DNA of 64,000 nt from Ascidiella aspersa (GCA_963924565.1 OZ004614.1:10788001-10852000), one strand, 5' to 3'. Numbered from the stretch's first letter, positions 13,700 through 39,402 are shown. Notes: generated by a model from the letters alone, not told the origin. Made by a program: numbers and translations.

Positions 13700-13918
13700 A
13701 GCACCAGCTTTACGGCGTCGCGTGTGATCTTGCCGGCTGGGTGACCGGGTTGAGATCAAGTGTGTGTACGTGAGTCGGTGTGTGTGTGTGGCAGCGTCTA
13801 CGTGCCAAACACTGAGCGCCCGAAAACCGCTTGTTTATGTTGTGTAGGCGAATTTACACCCGAAAGGAAAGGGCAGGGGACCGAAAAGGAAAAAAAGGAA
13901 CCCAACCATCCTATTTAA
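13700..13918 (+). promoter_or_regulatory. Putative HIF1AN promoter / non-coding first exon with two HRE cores
   Basis: GC-rich patch with TACGTG at 13767-13772 and 13799-13804. A strong donor GTAAGC lies at 13919, and an acceptor (ttttcatttcag, ending 15424) lies 53 nt before the ATG. Confidence 0.5.
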
Positions 13919-14753
13919 GTAAGCTTCAGCTGCAAACACTTGAGTTATGATTTCGCCTTCATAATATCAGGGCCTATTGATAATATTGTATATTGTACGC
14001 TTTTATATATTCAAGTCAATTTAAGCTAACTCGGTGTTCGCTGTTATTTTCAATTTTAATTTAACTAATAAAATATTTTTTTGTTGTTATAAGAATAATT
14101 GCCAAACAAAAGCAATAGATCGCCTTGAATAGAGTTCTATGTTAGGAAACCACATTTTTTTGTTACGTAACATGTTGCAAAATTGATTTTAAAAAGGTGT
14201 AATCTGTAAACTAGTTTTATAAAGTTATAAAAAATAGGGCAGTTCTAAACCTACAAAGATTTTTTCACTACGTTAATGATTTAATTTGTAGTTTTTGCCA
14301 CCGTTTGTCTTCTTGTACTCCAGTTTTCTAGAATCTAGACAGCCAGTATCTAGTAGGGGAATTTTCTAAACGTACTTTTTCCCTTCAATATTGTCAAAGT
14401 CAGCGAGTTCATTCAAGTTTTTGTTTTGGTCTTGACTGCTTTAAGGAACAAATCGAACATATCAGGAAGTTATATTCAATTGACTGGTTGAAGGCTAAGG
14501 TTGTAACCCAGCAGTCAAGTTTGCCGAAGAGCAAAATGGCATTGACGCAGTAATTTGGCGATAACACCGCCATTGCCAACTGTTTATGTGCAATTGAATT
14601 TATTTTTTCATTTTTGTTGCCAGTATACTTTAAGTTATAGGAAAGTTACGTCTAGTGTTTTGTTTTATATAAATATAATTTGTTGGCCCAGTGTTTTGTT
14701 TTATATGAATAACATGAAATTTGGTGGAAGTGGTGGTATATGGACACTTTTCT

Positions 14754-14973
14754 GCGCTGGTCTAGAATCCTACCACAGGCACAGCATTCAAACAATCAAT
14801 AAATTTACGCACAATATTTAGGTTAGCCTGGGGGTTAGCGTTTGGGTCTGGGTGGATCAAGTATTATTATATTTATTATTTAATAATAATGGCTGAACGA
14901 CTCTAACCCAAACGCTAGATCCCACCCTAACCCAAATAATATTGTGAATTGTGGTAGGATTCTAGACCAGCGC
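14754..14973. repeat. Foldback (inverted-repeat) element
   Basis: Perfect 24-bp terminal IR GCGCTGGTCTAGAATCCTACCACA plus inner imperfect ggttag/ctaacc arms; a partial copy lies at about 54745-54870. Confidence 0.8.
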
Positions 14974-15477
14974 CGGGTTAGGGTTTGGTAAGGTCAAGTT
15001 TTGTTATTATATTATTCTCGGATATTTATTTGTTCCTTGCAACTTCAGTTTTTACAACTCGTTTCGTTACTGTGAAAAAGAAAATATAGGAATAGAATAC
15101 TGTCATAACTTTATATACATATGTTATTAAAAAAAAGTTTAGAAGTGGCTATTGACTGGAACGGGTATTTATGCTTGTAGGAATAAGTGATTATTGATTG
15201 ATTTGGGTTAGTGTTGGGGTTAACATTTGGGTTTGAGTAGTGAAAGTATTAGATTTAATTTTGAGTTTTGCTTAATTTTAATTGTTTTGGGGAAATCAAC
15301 TTAAATTACTTTGTTACCTCTTCCAATAAGTTTTCTAATTGATTTGTTCATCTTTTACTATTTCTACAGTGAGAAGACAAACGTAATCTTTCTTTATAAA
15401 ATGAATTTTTATTTTTCATTTCAGCGAAGCACCAAACATAAGCTAAGATTTTGTAAACAAACCTGTGTTTTTTAACC

Positions 15478-27007
<11,530 letters not shown>

Positions 27008-28522
27008 AGCGCGTGTCTCGCGTCTACCCTTTCGCTCGCTCAGGGAATCCCACACCTCTGTTTGAAGGCGCCAAGTGCAAACCGCGACGACGGTGAACGT
27101 TCTCGAAATGATATTATGCAAGGCCGCGCGCCACCGGCGAACCGTCACCAAACAAGCCTAGCTCGTAGTATGACGTACGCGTCGACGTCACCACCGGCTC
27201 TGCTGTCTTTGTTTTTTGTACTTACGCGAATAAACGCCGTGCCTTGTTTGTATACCAGGTCGGTGATAAAGTGCCGGGCATTCTTGTTGTGGTAAGTTTG
27301 AATGTTGTGTGCTCAAAGCTGCTCAACTGTGATTACCAAATAAGCGAACCGATTGCTGTATTTTGCGACCGCCCTGTCCTGCAGTATTTTTGTTACCAAA
27401 AGACGAACCGTGGACAGTGTCGTGAGATATCGTACCTTGTTTGTCAGTTTGTCTTGTCGATAATATGCATCGCTGAACCTTATCGGTTGGTCGTGCTCTC
27501 GCTACGAATGTATTTTATTTGTTTAATCGCTTTTTCAGGTTGCAAGGGTCAAGGTTTGCAGCCATAGCATGCCGCAGTTCAACTTTTAGCCCCGCAGCTT
27601 GAGTTTTGCATGTTTTTTCGTTATTTACTGTGCTTCGTTGTGTGTTGCTGTGTTTCGTTAGCTGTTGTTCTTTCCACAATTTTTCGCCTTCAATAACCAC
27701 AGATTTCTGTTCTTTCTTTTCGACAAACAGTCCGCTTCGTTAACCGAACAATGAGTTTAATAACATATATGGCCAAAAACGGGGTTTGGGTTGTTGTTAG
27801 AAGTGCATTAGGATTTTCGCAAATTTCGAGGTAAACTAAAAACTGGAGAATATTTTTAATTTGTTCCACGGATTTATTTACCTACACCTCGAAATAACCA
27901 CTTCGCATTGAGTGCAATCTTTTGATTTTTTACCGCTTTTTTCTTCGCCCCGTAGCAATCTCCATGTATTTATTGTAATTTACCGTTATCCCAGTGCTAC
28001 GACAATAAAATGCATTTTCTACATTTGGCTGTGATATGTTAACTGTGGTAACCTTGAATCTTATTTAACTCATAATTATGTAACCTTGAGTTACATTTTG
28101 ACTCATTAAATATTGAATTTATTAGTCACTTGAAATTTCATTAGGAAGCTATATAGTTCTAACTGAAAAGCAAAAAAGCCTTTCTTCTGAACTTGGCAAA
28201 ACCCAGTTCAAATTGACGCTGTTGTCGAACTCGACCAATTAAAGACCTAAATCTTTTTGTGCAAGTAACATCACAAGCCGAAGCAAACCAAGCACGAAAC
28301 TACTTTTTCAGTTACACACTTCTATGATCGATGAAGGCAATTAAGCAGTTCTAATTTTCACCAGTTTGCACTAGTAGTCGAATAATTGGCTTCTTTTGAG
28401 CAGTTTGAGTAAGTTTAATTGCAACACTACATTTTTGTAAACAATATGTTTACTCTTATTGCTTAGCACTTCCGAAATTGCGACAATTTAGCACGGGGAA
28501 GATATTTTTAGGGGTGTAACAC

Positions 28523-29010
28523 CAGTGTTGTAATGACTTAAGTCATTAACTTGACTTAAGTCACTGTTTTCAAATGACTTGACTTGACTTAAGTCCTTTG
28601 ACCAAAATGACTTGACTTGACTTAAGTCTTTTGGTCAAATGACTTGACTTGAACTTAAGTATTTTGGAAGAGTAAATTAAGTGTTTTTCTTTCAAATTTA
28701 TCTCAAGTTTTGCATATTAAACACTTTAATTGCTGTGTATTGCGTATGTGTTTTTTTAGTTAAATTGTTGCTTATAATCGGATGAGTTTACCAATTTTAA
28801 TAGTTTAATAATTTACTTTTATGTCAATGACATGACTTAAAATTGACTTGCTCTCATAATGACTTGACTGGGACTTGACTTGGGCAACCGATGACTTGGA
28901 CTGGGACTTGAATTGTTATTTTTGCAAAAGACTCGACTTGGACTTAAGTTATTTTTCAAATGACTTGACTTGGACTTAAGTCATTTCAAAATGACTTGTT
29001 TACAACACTG
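28523..29010 (+). mobile_element. hAT-type MITE with internal GACTT repeats
   Basis: Perfect 11-bp TIR CAGTGTTGTAA/TTACAACACTG and perfect 8-bp TSD TGTAACAC (28515-28522, 29011-29018). Confidence 0.9.
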
Positions 29011-31267
29011 TGTAACACTTACTCGTACATTGTGTGGTCTTTAAATTAAAAAACTGAGCAACTACTACATACGTTTCAATTTGCCGTACATTTAGCGCTT
29101 CAGGCCGAGAGTTCCAGCTTTATTAAATTGCAAAATATTTTTTTAACAAGGCACACACGTTGGTTGGGATATAAATCCGTTTTCAGCATTTAAAGTTCAT
29201 ACGAGAATTATTTTGATCCTGTGTATCAATGCAGATGACTTCACCTACAGTGCACGGGAAATTAATAATTCATATTTGGTTCGAAGACGCTATAGTTTAG
29301 ATAAAACTACCCTATGTAAATTCGACGTATACAGCACAATTTTGATGCAGTTACGATATAATTGTTGTTCAAATATGAAATCTCGTTATAACGCACACAA
29401 ACGCTTTAAACCAAGCTATTTATGGCAGCTTGTGCTGGTTATATGGTTCGCGTTTGTCTTTTGCTAGCAAACGAGACCCTTATGTCATTCGAGAAAACAC
29501 TATCTTTCGTCAATACCATTGGGACACATGCACATCTTCTTTAAAAGCCCAAGCGGATAATGCTTTACCACAAATTCAATGAACCATAGTGAAGGCAAAA
29601 TACACACGTGAAAAATAAACAGAATCGCTTGGCCTCGCTCCTTTCCTTTTTTTAATACACAAAAATAGTCAATATTTATATTTTAGTCAAAAAATGTCAC
29701 CTCTTTTGAGTTTTATTGATTTGCTTCAGGTTTTATAAGAATCAAAACGACATTTTTATAAGGGAAGATGCAATAATAACGTTACTTTTAGAGCAATTTT
29801 CGACAAACTTTGATCTAAGAAGTGTTGATTTAAGTGCATCTAAGACACTGTTATTTTATATCTTGACTATATAGTATTTCGGACAAAAGACTAAACTTGA
29901 ACTTCTGACGTTTTATAGAATATTTTTTGACGAATCCGTTATTTTTATCCCAAATGTGTTTGTAAAACAGCTTGCTAGCTATATATTACGCTTTTGATGT
30001 TTGCTGGTTAAATTTTTGCTCAGGATCGGACAAGTTTAGTAATTCAATAACTTGTTTTGCAAATGACTTAACTGGAGCTTAAATCATTTCAAATGACTTA
30101 TTTACGACACTGGATTTAAGGGCCAAAATCAAAGTCTAAGGCTCAAGCGACAGTAAAACAAGATTGGAGATTTTTAGAATTGATTCAATAAAGTTTTATT
30201 CAACAAATGAAAAGTTCTTGTCAACAAATTTGCCCTTGTCAGGAATAAAATTTGGAAAGCCAGCGAAATAAGCACGGTATGTTCAGTACCGGATTAACCA
30301 TAATAGGCTACTAAGGCTATATCCTTAGGCCCTGAAAAAATTCGGGCCCTTAACTTTTTTAAGGTTACATTTTTGTAAGGCTGATAGTGATACAGTTTTA
30401 GTACCTGCACACTTGTACAGTACAGTTTAGACCTAAAAAACGAATGTTATTTTGCAGTAAATAATTTTAATTTTTCATGTATGTATTTTTATCACTTTTT
30501 GTAGTTTTGTTTGCAAAATTAGGCCCTTCCCTAGAGTAAACAGCCTACAGGACCCATAACCCGCCCGAGTGTGTGCTGTGTACGTGACGCGCGTTTGTCG
30601 TCGAATCGCTTACGTAACTTATGTCGCTGGCTGATGAGATAAGGTAAAGCTACGATAAAAGCGGCGACGCAGCCTTTCCCTGTTATGCGGCGCCGTAATT
30701 TGCACCACTTTTCCTGGAAAAACCGACGCGTAGGAAGAAGGGGTTTTCCCTGTTTTGCGATTCGTAATCTTTTGTTTTTTAAAAGCCAGACGAACTGGGC
30801 CACCGTGCGGCTATATTTAAATTCGAGATAACTTTTGCGTCATTGACAAAAAAATACATATGTTTTTTTATGAAGAAAATTGCATATCTTTGGTTGTTTA
30901 AGACATGGTAAATAGAATGAACTTAAACACAGTGCTTAGCGTCTGGAAAGCAATGAGCTTTACGCTCCCGCTGGACAAAGATGCTTTCAGCAAGAATCTG
31001 AAAGGGCGCAAATTGCATAATAGAGTCTTTCGATTTTCTCACTCTAAACTTGTGATAGAGTTTATAATAATGAAAGCATAAACGCTTTACAGAAGGTAAT
31101 GTTATTATCCCTTTTTATATGTCATACGTACACGTGTCGTACAAACACACAAACGAAAGCACTTAAGTACCTTATTCAACACATTCCCAACTCGTACACA
31201 AATTTTGTTCTTGGTTGCGAATGTCAAATATTGGCATATATTCCCTGCAAGCTTTAAACATGCGAAC

Positions 31268-31406
31268 ATATATAAACTGTTGCTACCAGGCATGGTAATA
31301 TAAATCAAAAAACAGCTCCTCCGGTAAGTGTAATTGTTAACCAACGTTTCGGCAACCTATACAAGCCGCCTTCGTCAGGGTGATTGACACTGAACGCTCG
31401 TACAAT
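31268..31406 (-). mobile_element. Penelope-like terminal fragment with hammerhead core
   Basis: Near-identical to the 60871-61087 element; core at 31343-31378 on the - strand. Confidence 0.7.
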
Positions 31407-33139
31407 TGTACGCTGTTTTTTTATTTATATGCGAAAACATGCCGTTTATGCCATAGGAATACACGCCGGTCTCCGGGCCGTTAAATCTCAAGGTCTTGTT
31501 CTGAACATTTCGTGCATAAACGGGTCGTTCGGTTTTGAGACGTTGCACTCCTGTCATATCCAAATTGCGAACGTGACTTTTTTGCATTTAGGTGCCGATA
31601 GGAAATGCACTTATCACATTGTTGGCCGCCTGTGTGAATCCTACGCTAATCGTGTTCCGTTTCCAAAACTATACAGCTATTACGAAAATGTATGATTGGC
31701 GGCAATCTTGTCTCCGCTAGATTTAAATAGTTTATAAAATAATCGCCCTTTTTGATCTATATAAGGGGGTGTTCTATATCGCATCAAAACATACTATTTT
31801 TCACAAATTTTATCTGTAAAATTTCTCAGCAAAGTTTTTTTTATAATTTTTTTTTACTCTTTAGGAATTCATGGATTTAAAAATGTCTGTAACAGTGATC
31901 CGAAATTAGAGTTTTCAAAGACGCAAATAGAGATTCACGTACTATATAGGCTGTCATACCCTGTGTGCATATTTGAAAAATTATCATTTAAGTGCATCAA
32001 TAGTGGAACGTATCCAAAAGGTTATCCTTCCTGTCCTGTTCGATTTGTATCCCCTAGTTTACAGTACGAAAAGCTAACCTTTAAACCTCACGCTATAATA
32101 GCTGGTGCATACGTGACAAAAGCCACGCCGTGCTTGGGAATGTGACTATTTGCATTTCCTGATGTTATTCGGAATTTGATGTTTAGCAGCATGTGGGCAA
32201 TGCAATAAAACGAATTGAAAATCCGTTGTTTTAAGCAGCGATGGTCAAGTTCTGTGAGTAGATTTACACCACATAATAATTTTTGCAAACATCGGCTTTA
32301 TTCATTTTGCTGACATCGGTAAAACTGAATAATAAGCCAAATACAAAATTTGTCGAACACGAAATTTTATATGAATTTACAAAAAAGTACCAACTTTTGT
32401 TGAAAACTATTTGGTGATTAAAAATAATGCGGAGATAAATATTTGTTGAAACGCAGATACATCACTTTCATGTATGCTTGGAGGGATTATAGGGGGGATA
32501 ATTTACTTTGTTGAATTAAAATCTTTCTAAAAATTCCTTCTACATTTGGGCTTATTATTTCTGACTTGCAAAAAGCGAGAACAAATTTACCGTTTTGATT
32601 TTTTTACAATTATGCCTATAGCGAGTCCTTGTGCATCCATTACCTTGGCAATTTACGGCAAAACTATTCTTGCCCATTGTTTTTATCATTTTTCTCAAAA
32701 AAATAGTTTTGTGAAAGTTATTCGTGCGCGTCATATATTTTATATAGGGTTATGGCAAAACCTACGGATACGCAAACTATTGTTAGCGATCGGTCCCTGG
32801 CGACAGTTCCTATATAATACAAGGTTCGTATCAGTTAGATGTTAGAACAACGAAAATTAGACCTTGAACTAATTTAAATTGAAATTCAATAAATAGGTTG
32901 TTGGCCTGCAAGCTTTTCCAAGTGACCTATAGTCTGGAACCTATGCTCATATCGAACTTCTCCCAAGGGAACCGCATGTATTACAACTGACTCCAACTTT
33001 GAAACCAAATAAATGCCGTGTGTAATATATTTGTAATGCCTGATTCCAATACAAGCCGATGCGACGATAAGGTACTTATGTGCATATAACTTATGTGCCA
33101 GCATATAGGGTCAGTTGGTGAAAAAATGGTGCTTAAAAA

Positions 33140-34588
33140 GCCATATCTTACAACAATAATTTTAGTTCTCCCAGTTCCTCTGTTATATAACTGCTACGAG
33201 TGCTACGTGACACACCGATAGTTTCACTCCACGGTTACCTCGTTCATGAACAAACAGAGCCACCTTACTACTTTGCTATCCACCGATCTTATAGCGTTTT
33301 TTCCAAGAAAAAAGTTTACTGTAATCGCTTTCACCGATCCGAAACTTTGTTTGCCATCGACGAATTCATGTAATGTCGCTTTTGATACCGCATATACTAG
33401 CCGAGAACGTTTGTTTGCCGCCCAACATCAAAATCGACTTTTCTGCGTTATGTTTAGAATATGACTTATATATGTCACATTTTTGTACGATGTATAGGTT
33501 TATATTAAAAGGGCATAATTAAATTAAAAAGATCCCTGTTTGCACTTAATGTCTCAATTAACATGCTGTATAGGTAACAGTAAATTTGTCCTAGCGTTGA
33601 TTTTAAATTTGATCCATAAATATACATTATAGTGTTTAGGCTAAACGATTAGCAGTGAAGAATTATCAGAAAAATAAATTTAATTTGGTTTATTTTCATC
33701 TTTCTCGTGGATATTCACAGGAGTAGATTAAGAGGACATAGATTTTCACAAAATTAAATTTTGAAAGTATTTCCTTCTCTATTTTTAGGTCTCTTTTAGT
33801 TTTGCATGGAATGCCAAAAAATATTTTTTTCACACTAGTAAAGAGAAAGTTGTTTTTCAAAAACTTTTTGTTGTGTAATATTTTCTGGTATATTACTCTT
33901 GTGCGTAATATTTTGATTGAGGGTTATGGCTAAATGAATTATTATCAACGTACAATTTATTGTTGACTATCGATCCCTAGGCGCTTTTTACGTGCAAAAC
34001 AAGTTTCGCATTAATTGAACTATTCAGGCACCGCGTTGGACTAAATCAGATGGGAATTGAATAGTTAAAGTTGGTCTAAACGTTATGCTATAAGTGACCA
34101 TTAGTCACTGACCTCTACAATCAAGTCAGAGACTGACTCAAGGGGACCAAGCACAACAGATTTCAATCGTGCAATTACGATATAGCGTCGTTTGCTAATA
34201 CAGTCTAATCTGTATAGTGATAAGTTATTTAAATATAATTATCATGTAAGTTATATTTAACTGTATGGCGTTCATAAGTAAACGATGTCGTTACTGAAAT
34301 GCCAACTCCCGTAACAACTATTTTAGTTCTGTCAGTGCCTCGTTCCAATAACTGCCTACGTGACTGGACGACGGTTTCACTATTCGTAGTTGCCTCGTTA
34401 AGAACAGACAGAGCCAAATAACTTCTTCGCTAACCACCGAGCTTGAAGCGTTTTCCGTGAAATCCAACAATCTTCATTTAAAGAGCTTTGAAATCTTCAT
34501 TTAAAGAGAACTGTTTGCTTTCGCCGATCCTAAATGTGTTTTGAAAATCAACAAATTTATGTACTGACGCTTCTGCTGACGCATGCTA
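33140..34588 (+). repeat. Diverged tandem duplication of an HRE-containing module (33140-33399 / 34301-34588)
   Basis: Colinear ttttagttct..ataactgc..TACGTGAC..gtttcact..cctcgtt..gaaca.acagagcca..caccga.ctt..gctttc.ccgatcc. Confidence 0.75.
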
Positions 34589-37500
34589 TAATATAGTTCT
34601 TTGGTTTGGCTATTTAAGATAATATAAAACAGGATACTGTATAGGCCTGAGTTAAATAGTGATAGTTTGTAATCATAGTCTCAGTCTAAAAATCGCATGC
34701 TAAGTAAATTATAGTTGACTACCCTGTTAAGTTTCCATATGTGTGATAACTATGACGATTGTTTTTTGACTTGTCTAAATAATTTTGAATGACTTTCACT
34801 ATAAAATTTTTGAAACAAATATAAAACGTAGAAAGAATATCAAAGCTATACAGAAGTATAGATAGCATTTTAAACGTTTCGAATACCTTTATTCATTGCA
34901 GTATGTTAAACATACATATAGAGTTATTTGAAAATATTTCATTCAAAAGCCTACCTACTTCTGTATGGGCTTTGATATACTTATTATGTCTTACTACAAC
35001 CTCCAACCATTATAATTCTCCAAAATGTAAAACGCATTTCCTAACTGAGTTGTACATAACACAACACCAAAGCGCAAAGAATCAGACAAAGAAGAATATT
35101 TTGTTTATCATTTTAAAGAAGTGACATATTGTAAATTTGATTAATGTAGTAAACATAAACGTGTCATTGAGCAAGTGATGCCTAAATGCACACTATCCAT
35201 TAGTAAACTGATGATAATATCAAGATGTCTAGTTTCATTACGATAAATCCGGATGTCTATAACATCGTAAAGTGTAAGCAATAAAGCGGAAATTAAAGAA
35301 CTGTACAGCTCCATGCGAACGTGACGCCGATGCAGTAATAACGGTGTGTATACGTGACTTTTTGCTGCTGGAAAAGCGTGGCAGCATTGCTTGCACCGGA
35401 TTGGACGACGCTTAAATCTTTCTCAACCAATCGCGTGACGTTACTAGTCATATCTGACAAAGTCGACATTATAATGCGATCCGTGTCCTGTTTTACGGAT
35501 ATCGCGGTTTTATCTAAAAGTTGGTTGTTCTCAGTACTATACAATGAACTGAGTTTTGGGGCTTTAATGCAAACTTGCAAGGTCGTCAAAAAGCGTAAAA
35601 AAATTTAAAATTGCACTCAGCGACAGCAGGGGTGTTTGTTTGCATTCGAACAATTATTTGGGTTTATAGACAAAATATCATGTTTTTTTAGCGTTTTTAG
35701 ATAAAGATGACATCACACTTTTTAAAATGTAAACCGGTTATTCAAAACGCTGTTTTTCGCAATTCTCTGTGTTATTATTGACAAGTGTATAAAGTCGCAA
35801 CATTGAACCTATTGCCCTTTAATTAATAAAATCGTTTGATGGTTGCTGTTGTGTTTGTCAGAAATGTTTTTTGCCCTAATTTTAGTGCTTGAAAAAAGGT
35901 GTTTCGACAAAACAAAAACCGCAAAAAGGTTTAGTGTTTCCCATGTAGTTGTTCAACTAGTTTGTTTCAGTAAAAGAGACTACCCTATTTTAAAACAAAT
36001 AGCAAGTAAACCACGTACTTCTTATTGATTTTTTATATTTAAAGATAAACGAAATTTTCCTTTCATAGAATTTGTCAAGGCAATATCTAGAATTGGAATG
36101 CAAGCCACCACAGACGTCTTACTATAATTATTTTTTTGCTTCGCTGTGACACTTTAGGTTTGGACTCATTTTGAGTTAGAGTATGTATTTCCAAACCACA
36201 ATTTTGCAAAAATTATTGTAACAGATTTTGAAAAATATAAAGTTAAAATATGGGAGAAAGTTTTGATTTTAAAGTTTCCAGGGGGATATTGATTAATATA
36301 TGATGGAAACTCTTTTATCATATCTAATAATAGAATGTGGGGTAGGGATTTATGTTCAACAAGGCAAAGTCGCCTGATTCTAATCTACAGACTGACTCGA
36401 CGACCTTTTGACTAGACGAAGATAGTTTCACGGTCCATGTTCTATGTTCTGTTCTCTTTTTGTTCCTAATCATCTCAAGTTGCACAAAAAAAATTGAATG
36501 TTTAAATTAACAATAGAAAAACTGACACTCATTTTACATGTCGCCAGTTAGGCATGGTAAACAAAACTTTAGCGATGTAACTTCGAAATGAACATTAGGA
36601 AACACACCGTTTCGTCTGGAATAAGCTGAATAAGTACATATCAGCTTGTAAGCGCCATCGTCCGGTTGAACCCGTTGTGGGAAAACTGTAGCCCACTAAG
36701 CAATTCAACCCGACCCACGGCTAGTTTATAAAACTTTTTATAGCAAAATGTAGCTTTTACTTTTTAAATCACACTTGTAAGGAAATTTAGTAAGTAGGGA
36801 TGTCCGATAATGTTAGATCGGAACCGACACCCAATGCCAAGTGATAATATCGGTACTTACTATGGTTGTATCGCTACCAATCCGATACCAAATAACTTGT
36901 GAATAACAACGATGCTTTGCCATCCAACCTTAGTTGTTCTACCTTTAAGGACAAATAAAAATTATACGCTTAAAAAGATAAATAGGCTTACTAGCATAAA
37001 AATAAATTTCAGCATAACAACTTGAAAATCATTTACATTGCTTTTTTTAATTTTTGTTTTTTTTAATTTCGACAATTTTATCAATTTTTTTTTGTGTGAT
37101 GAGGTGCTGTTGAGAGATGTATTGTTATTTGAAAGCATTGATCGGTGATTTTATCTCCTGTTTTGTCAGTCGCAACAATATAACTAAACAGGTTTGCACC
37201 TGTGGTCGTAACAGATCACATTAAACAAAATTAAATCATGGTTTCCTACCTTAATATTCGTTCGGCATAATTTACGTCATTTCATTTTATAAACATAAAA
37301 ATAATAAAAATACCGGTTTGTGTTCTTGATGTGTCCTTAAACACAAAAATTGATTTTACAATGCGAATAACTTTAACTGTATTATTGCTTTGCGTTGCCA
37401 TTGCACCTAATGGCGTTGCGGGCACGGACACGTAATTTTTCTAGGGAAAAGCTATATCGAGGTGAAGAATTATATATTCTTCAAGATTAAATTGTTTGAT

Positions 37501-37783
37501 ATATCACGAACAGTCTTAACAGCTTGTCAAATATTGCTATTTAGCACTTTCTCTCCAAACGAATCACGCTTCATATAATGTGTATTTCAGGTTCATTTTT
37601 TACCCGGCCCTTTAAAACATTTTCTGTTTCTCACGCGGTCACTTGTCAAAAATCATTGCTCACTTCTGTCGTGGACCTTGGTCGAGATACGTTTGACAGT
37701 GTGTTTTTCGGCATCCACATACAAAGTAGTTGCATGTCGACCAGACTTATAAAAAAATACATTGTACAGCGGAAACTTTAGAA

Positions 37784-38158
37784 CAGCCTTTCTTAACCTG
37801 GCCCCATGGGGTAAATTTCCCCGTTTTAGGGGGTAGATGCAAGGATAGATACTCAACTCTGAATATTTTAGTTTTGTTTTCTTCAACTAACCTGTGCGAA
37901 GCGGATTCTATCAAATATCAAATATAAAGCACGAAACCGACTTAACATGTTGAATCTGATATTCGTTGACATTATCTACTACTTTACCAGACGAACAACT
38001 CGTAAAAAAACAAGGGCAGCCGTCGCACTGAACATAACTGATGTAATTTGTTACTTTCGTTTTTGTAATAAATGAGCACCACTTTATATATTGGGGATAA
38101 ATCTGATATTCATCTTTGTTAAACGGGTAAAACATACAAAAAAGGTTAAGAACCCCGG
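37784..38158. mobile_element. hAT (Buster-like) MITE
   Basis: Degenerate TIR cagcctttcttaacc/ggttaagaaccccgg and perfect TSD CTTTAGAA. Confidence 0.75.
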
Positions 38159-39402
38159 CTTTAGAAGTTAACACTCCTTTAACTTTGCAACTAAACGACA
38201 AATCGAGGCGAGATTTTATAATTATGTAATTTCGCTAGAAAATAATAGCAACAAACTTACTAAAAGCCAAAGCAAAATAAAATACGCAACGTGAAAAATA
38301 AAATAAACGAACGAAAAAAGTATGCTTCCCCTAATTAATGGTGGAAGTTAAGCAGATTACAACAACTTAAACGGTATAACTTAATTTGTCAAATAGAATG
38401 AACAAAAAAAAATAAATCCTAATTTTAATAGTTGTTCGCTTTAGCGTATGCTATACGTATTTTACTGACAAAGCAATATTTTGACCCTATGTTGGGCACA
38501 ATTTAACAAATAGGTGTTGCTACAAAACATTATGCAATATGAAGTCGTAAACTTTCCTAACACTTTTAAAAGTCGATACAAAAAGTCACACACAACTGTC
38601 ACAGTCCGTGGTTAGACAAATGAAGAAAAAGGTTAATTTGGACGACGGCGGGCAACGAATATATATATTTGGCAAATTATTGGTGTCAGTATAGATCATC
38701 AAACGAAGCAAAGGGCTTGTTTGTGGCAAAACAAGTTTTCACGTAGAATATCATCGCGTTATTTGGCCACAAATATTTCCGGAGATTTTCAGTGTCAAGG
38801 ACCATCTAGAATCCAGTGATTCTTAAAGTGCCCATCGGTGGGACCTGGCAAAATGTTGACGGGGCGTGCAGCTTTAAGACACTGTACAGTAACGATTCTT
38901 TTGCCCACAATCAATACGTCGTTATCAAGTTACTGTGTCACGCTATACATTTCTTAACACATTTCCAAATGTACCACCAAATGGTATATTCGTGTCGTGT
39001 AGTAATCCCGGTCGAGCCTGACGTTGTTTTTTGAAAACAATTGTGGTTCTTGGTTTGAAAAAGCGTGGAAATTACTGAGCTATAAAAGCGCATAATTTTA
39101 ACTTTGCACTTGCTGAAACAGGTAAAGTTAAGCTTCCCATTTGACGCGAATGTCGACTTGCAATGTCAGGTCAAATTCAAGCTACACGGGGCGTCTATTA
39201 CGATTCCGGATCAACGTTTTATCGGCGCGTTGGCCATTTTACGCTGTCAGTGTGAATCACAAATCGGCCTGTGTGCTTTGCGAACAGCAGCAAGTTGCAG
39301 CAGTCTTCCGCTACAAGGCGCTAATCATTGCCCTGGTCCGAACGCGACTGTTCTGGCAACGTGTTCAAGCCAGAGTCTGCATGCCCAGCTTTGTGGTTCG
39401 TC

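Noticed and set aside
28530-29000. Regularly spaced GACTTGACTT units resembling a CRISPR or satellite array
   Set aside because: Eukaryotic context with no cas genes; they are internal repeats of a TIR/TSD-bounded MITE with three copies in the window.
34229-35589. - strand ORFs 35293-35589 and 34229-34417 with coiled-coil-like composition
   Set aside because: No ATG or convincing splice sites link them, and the second lies in a duplicated block whose partner has indels.
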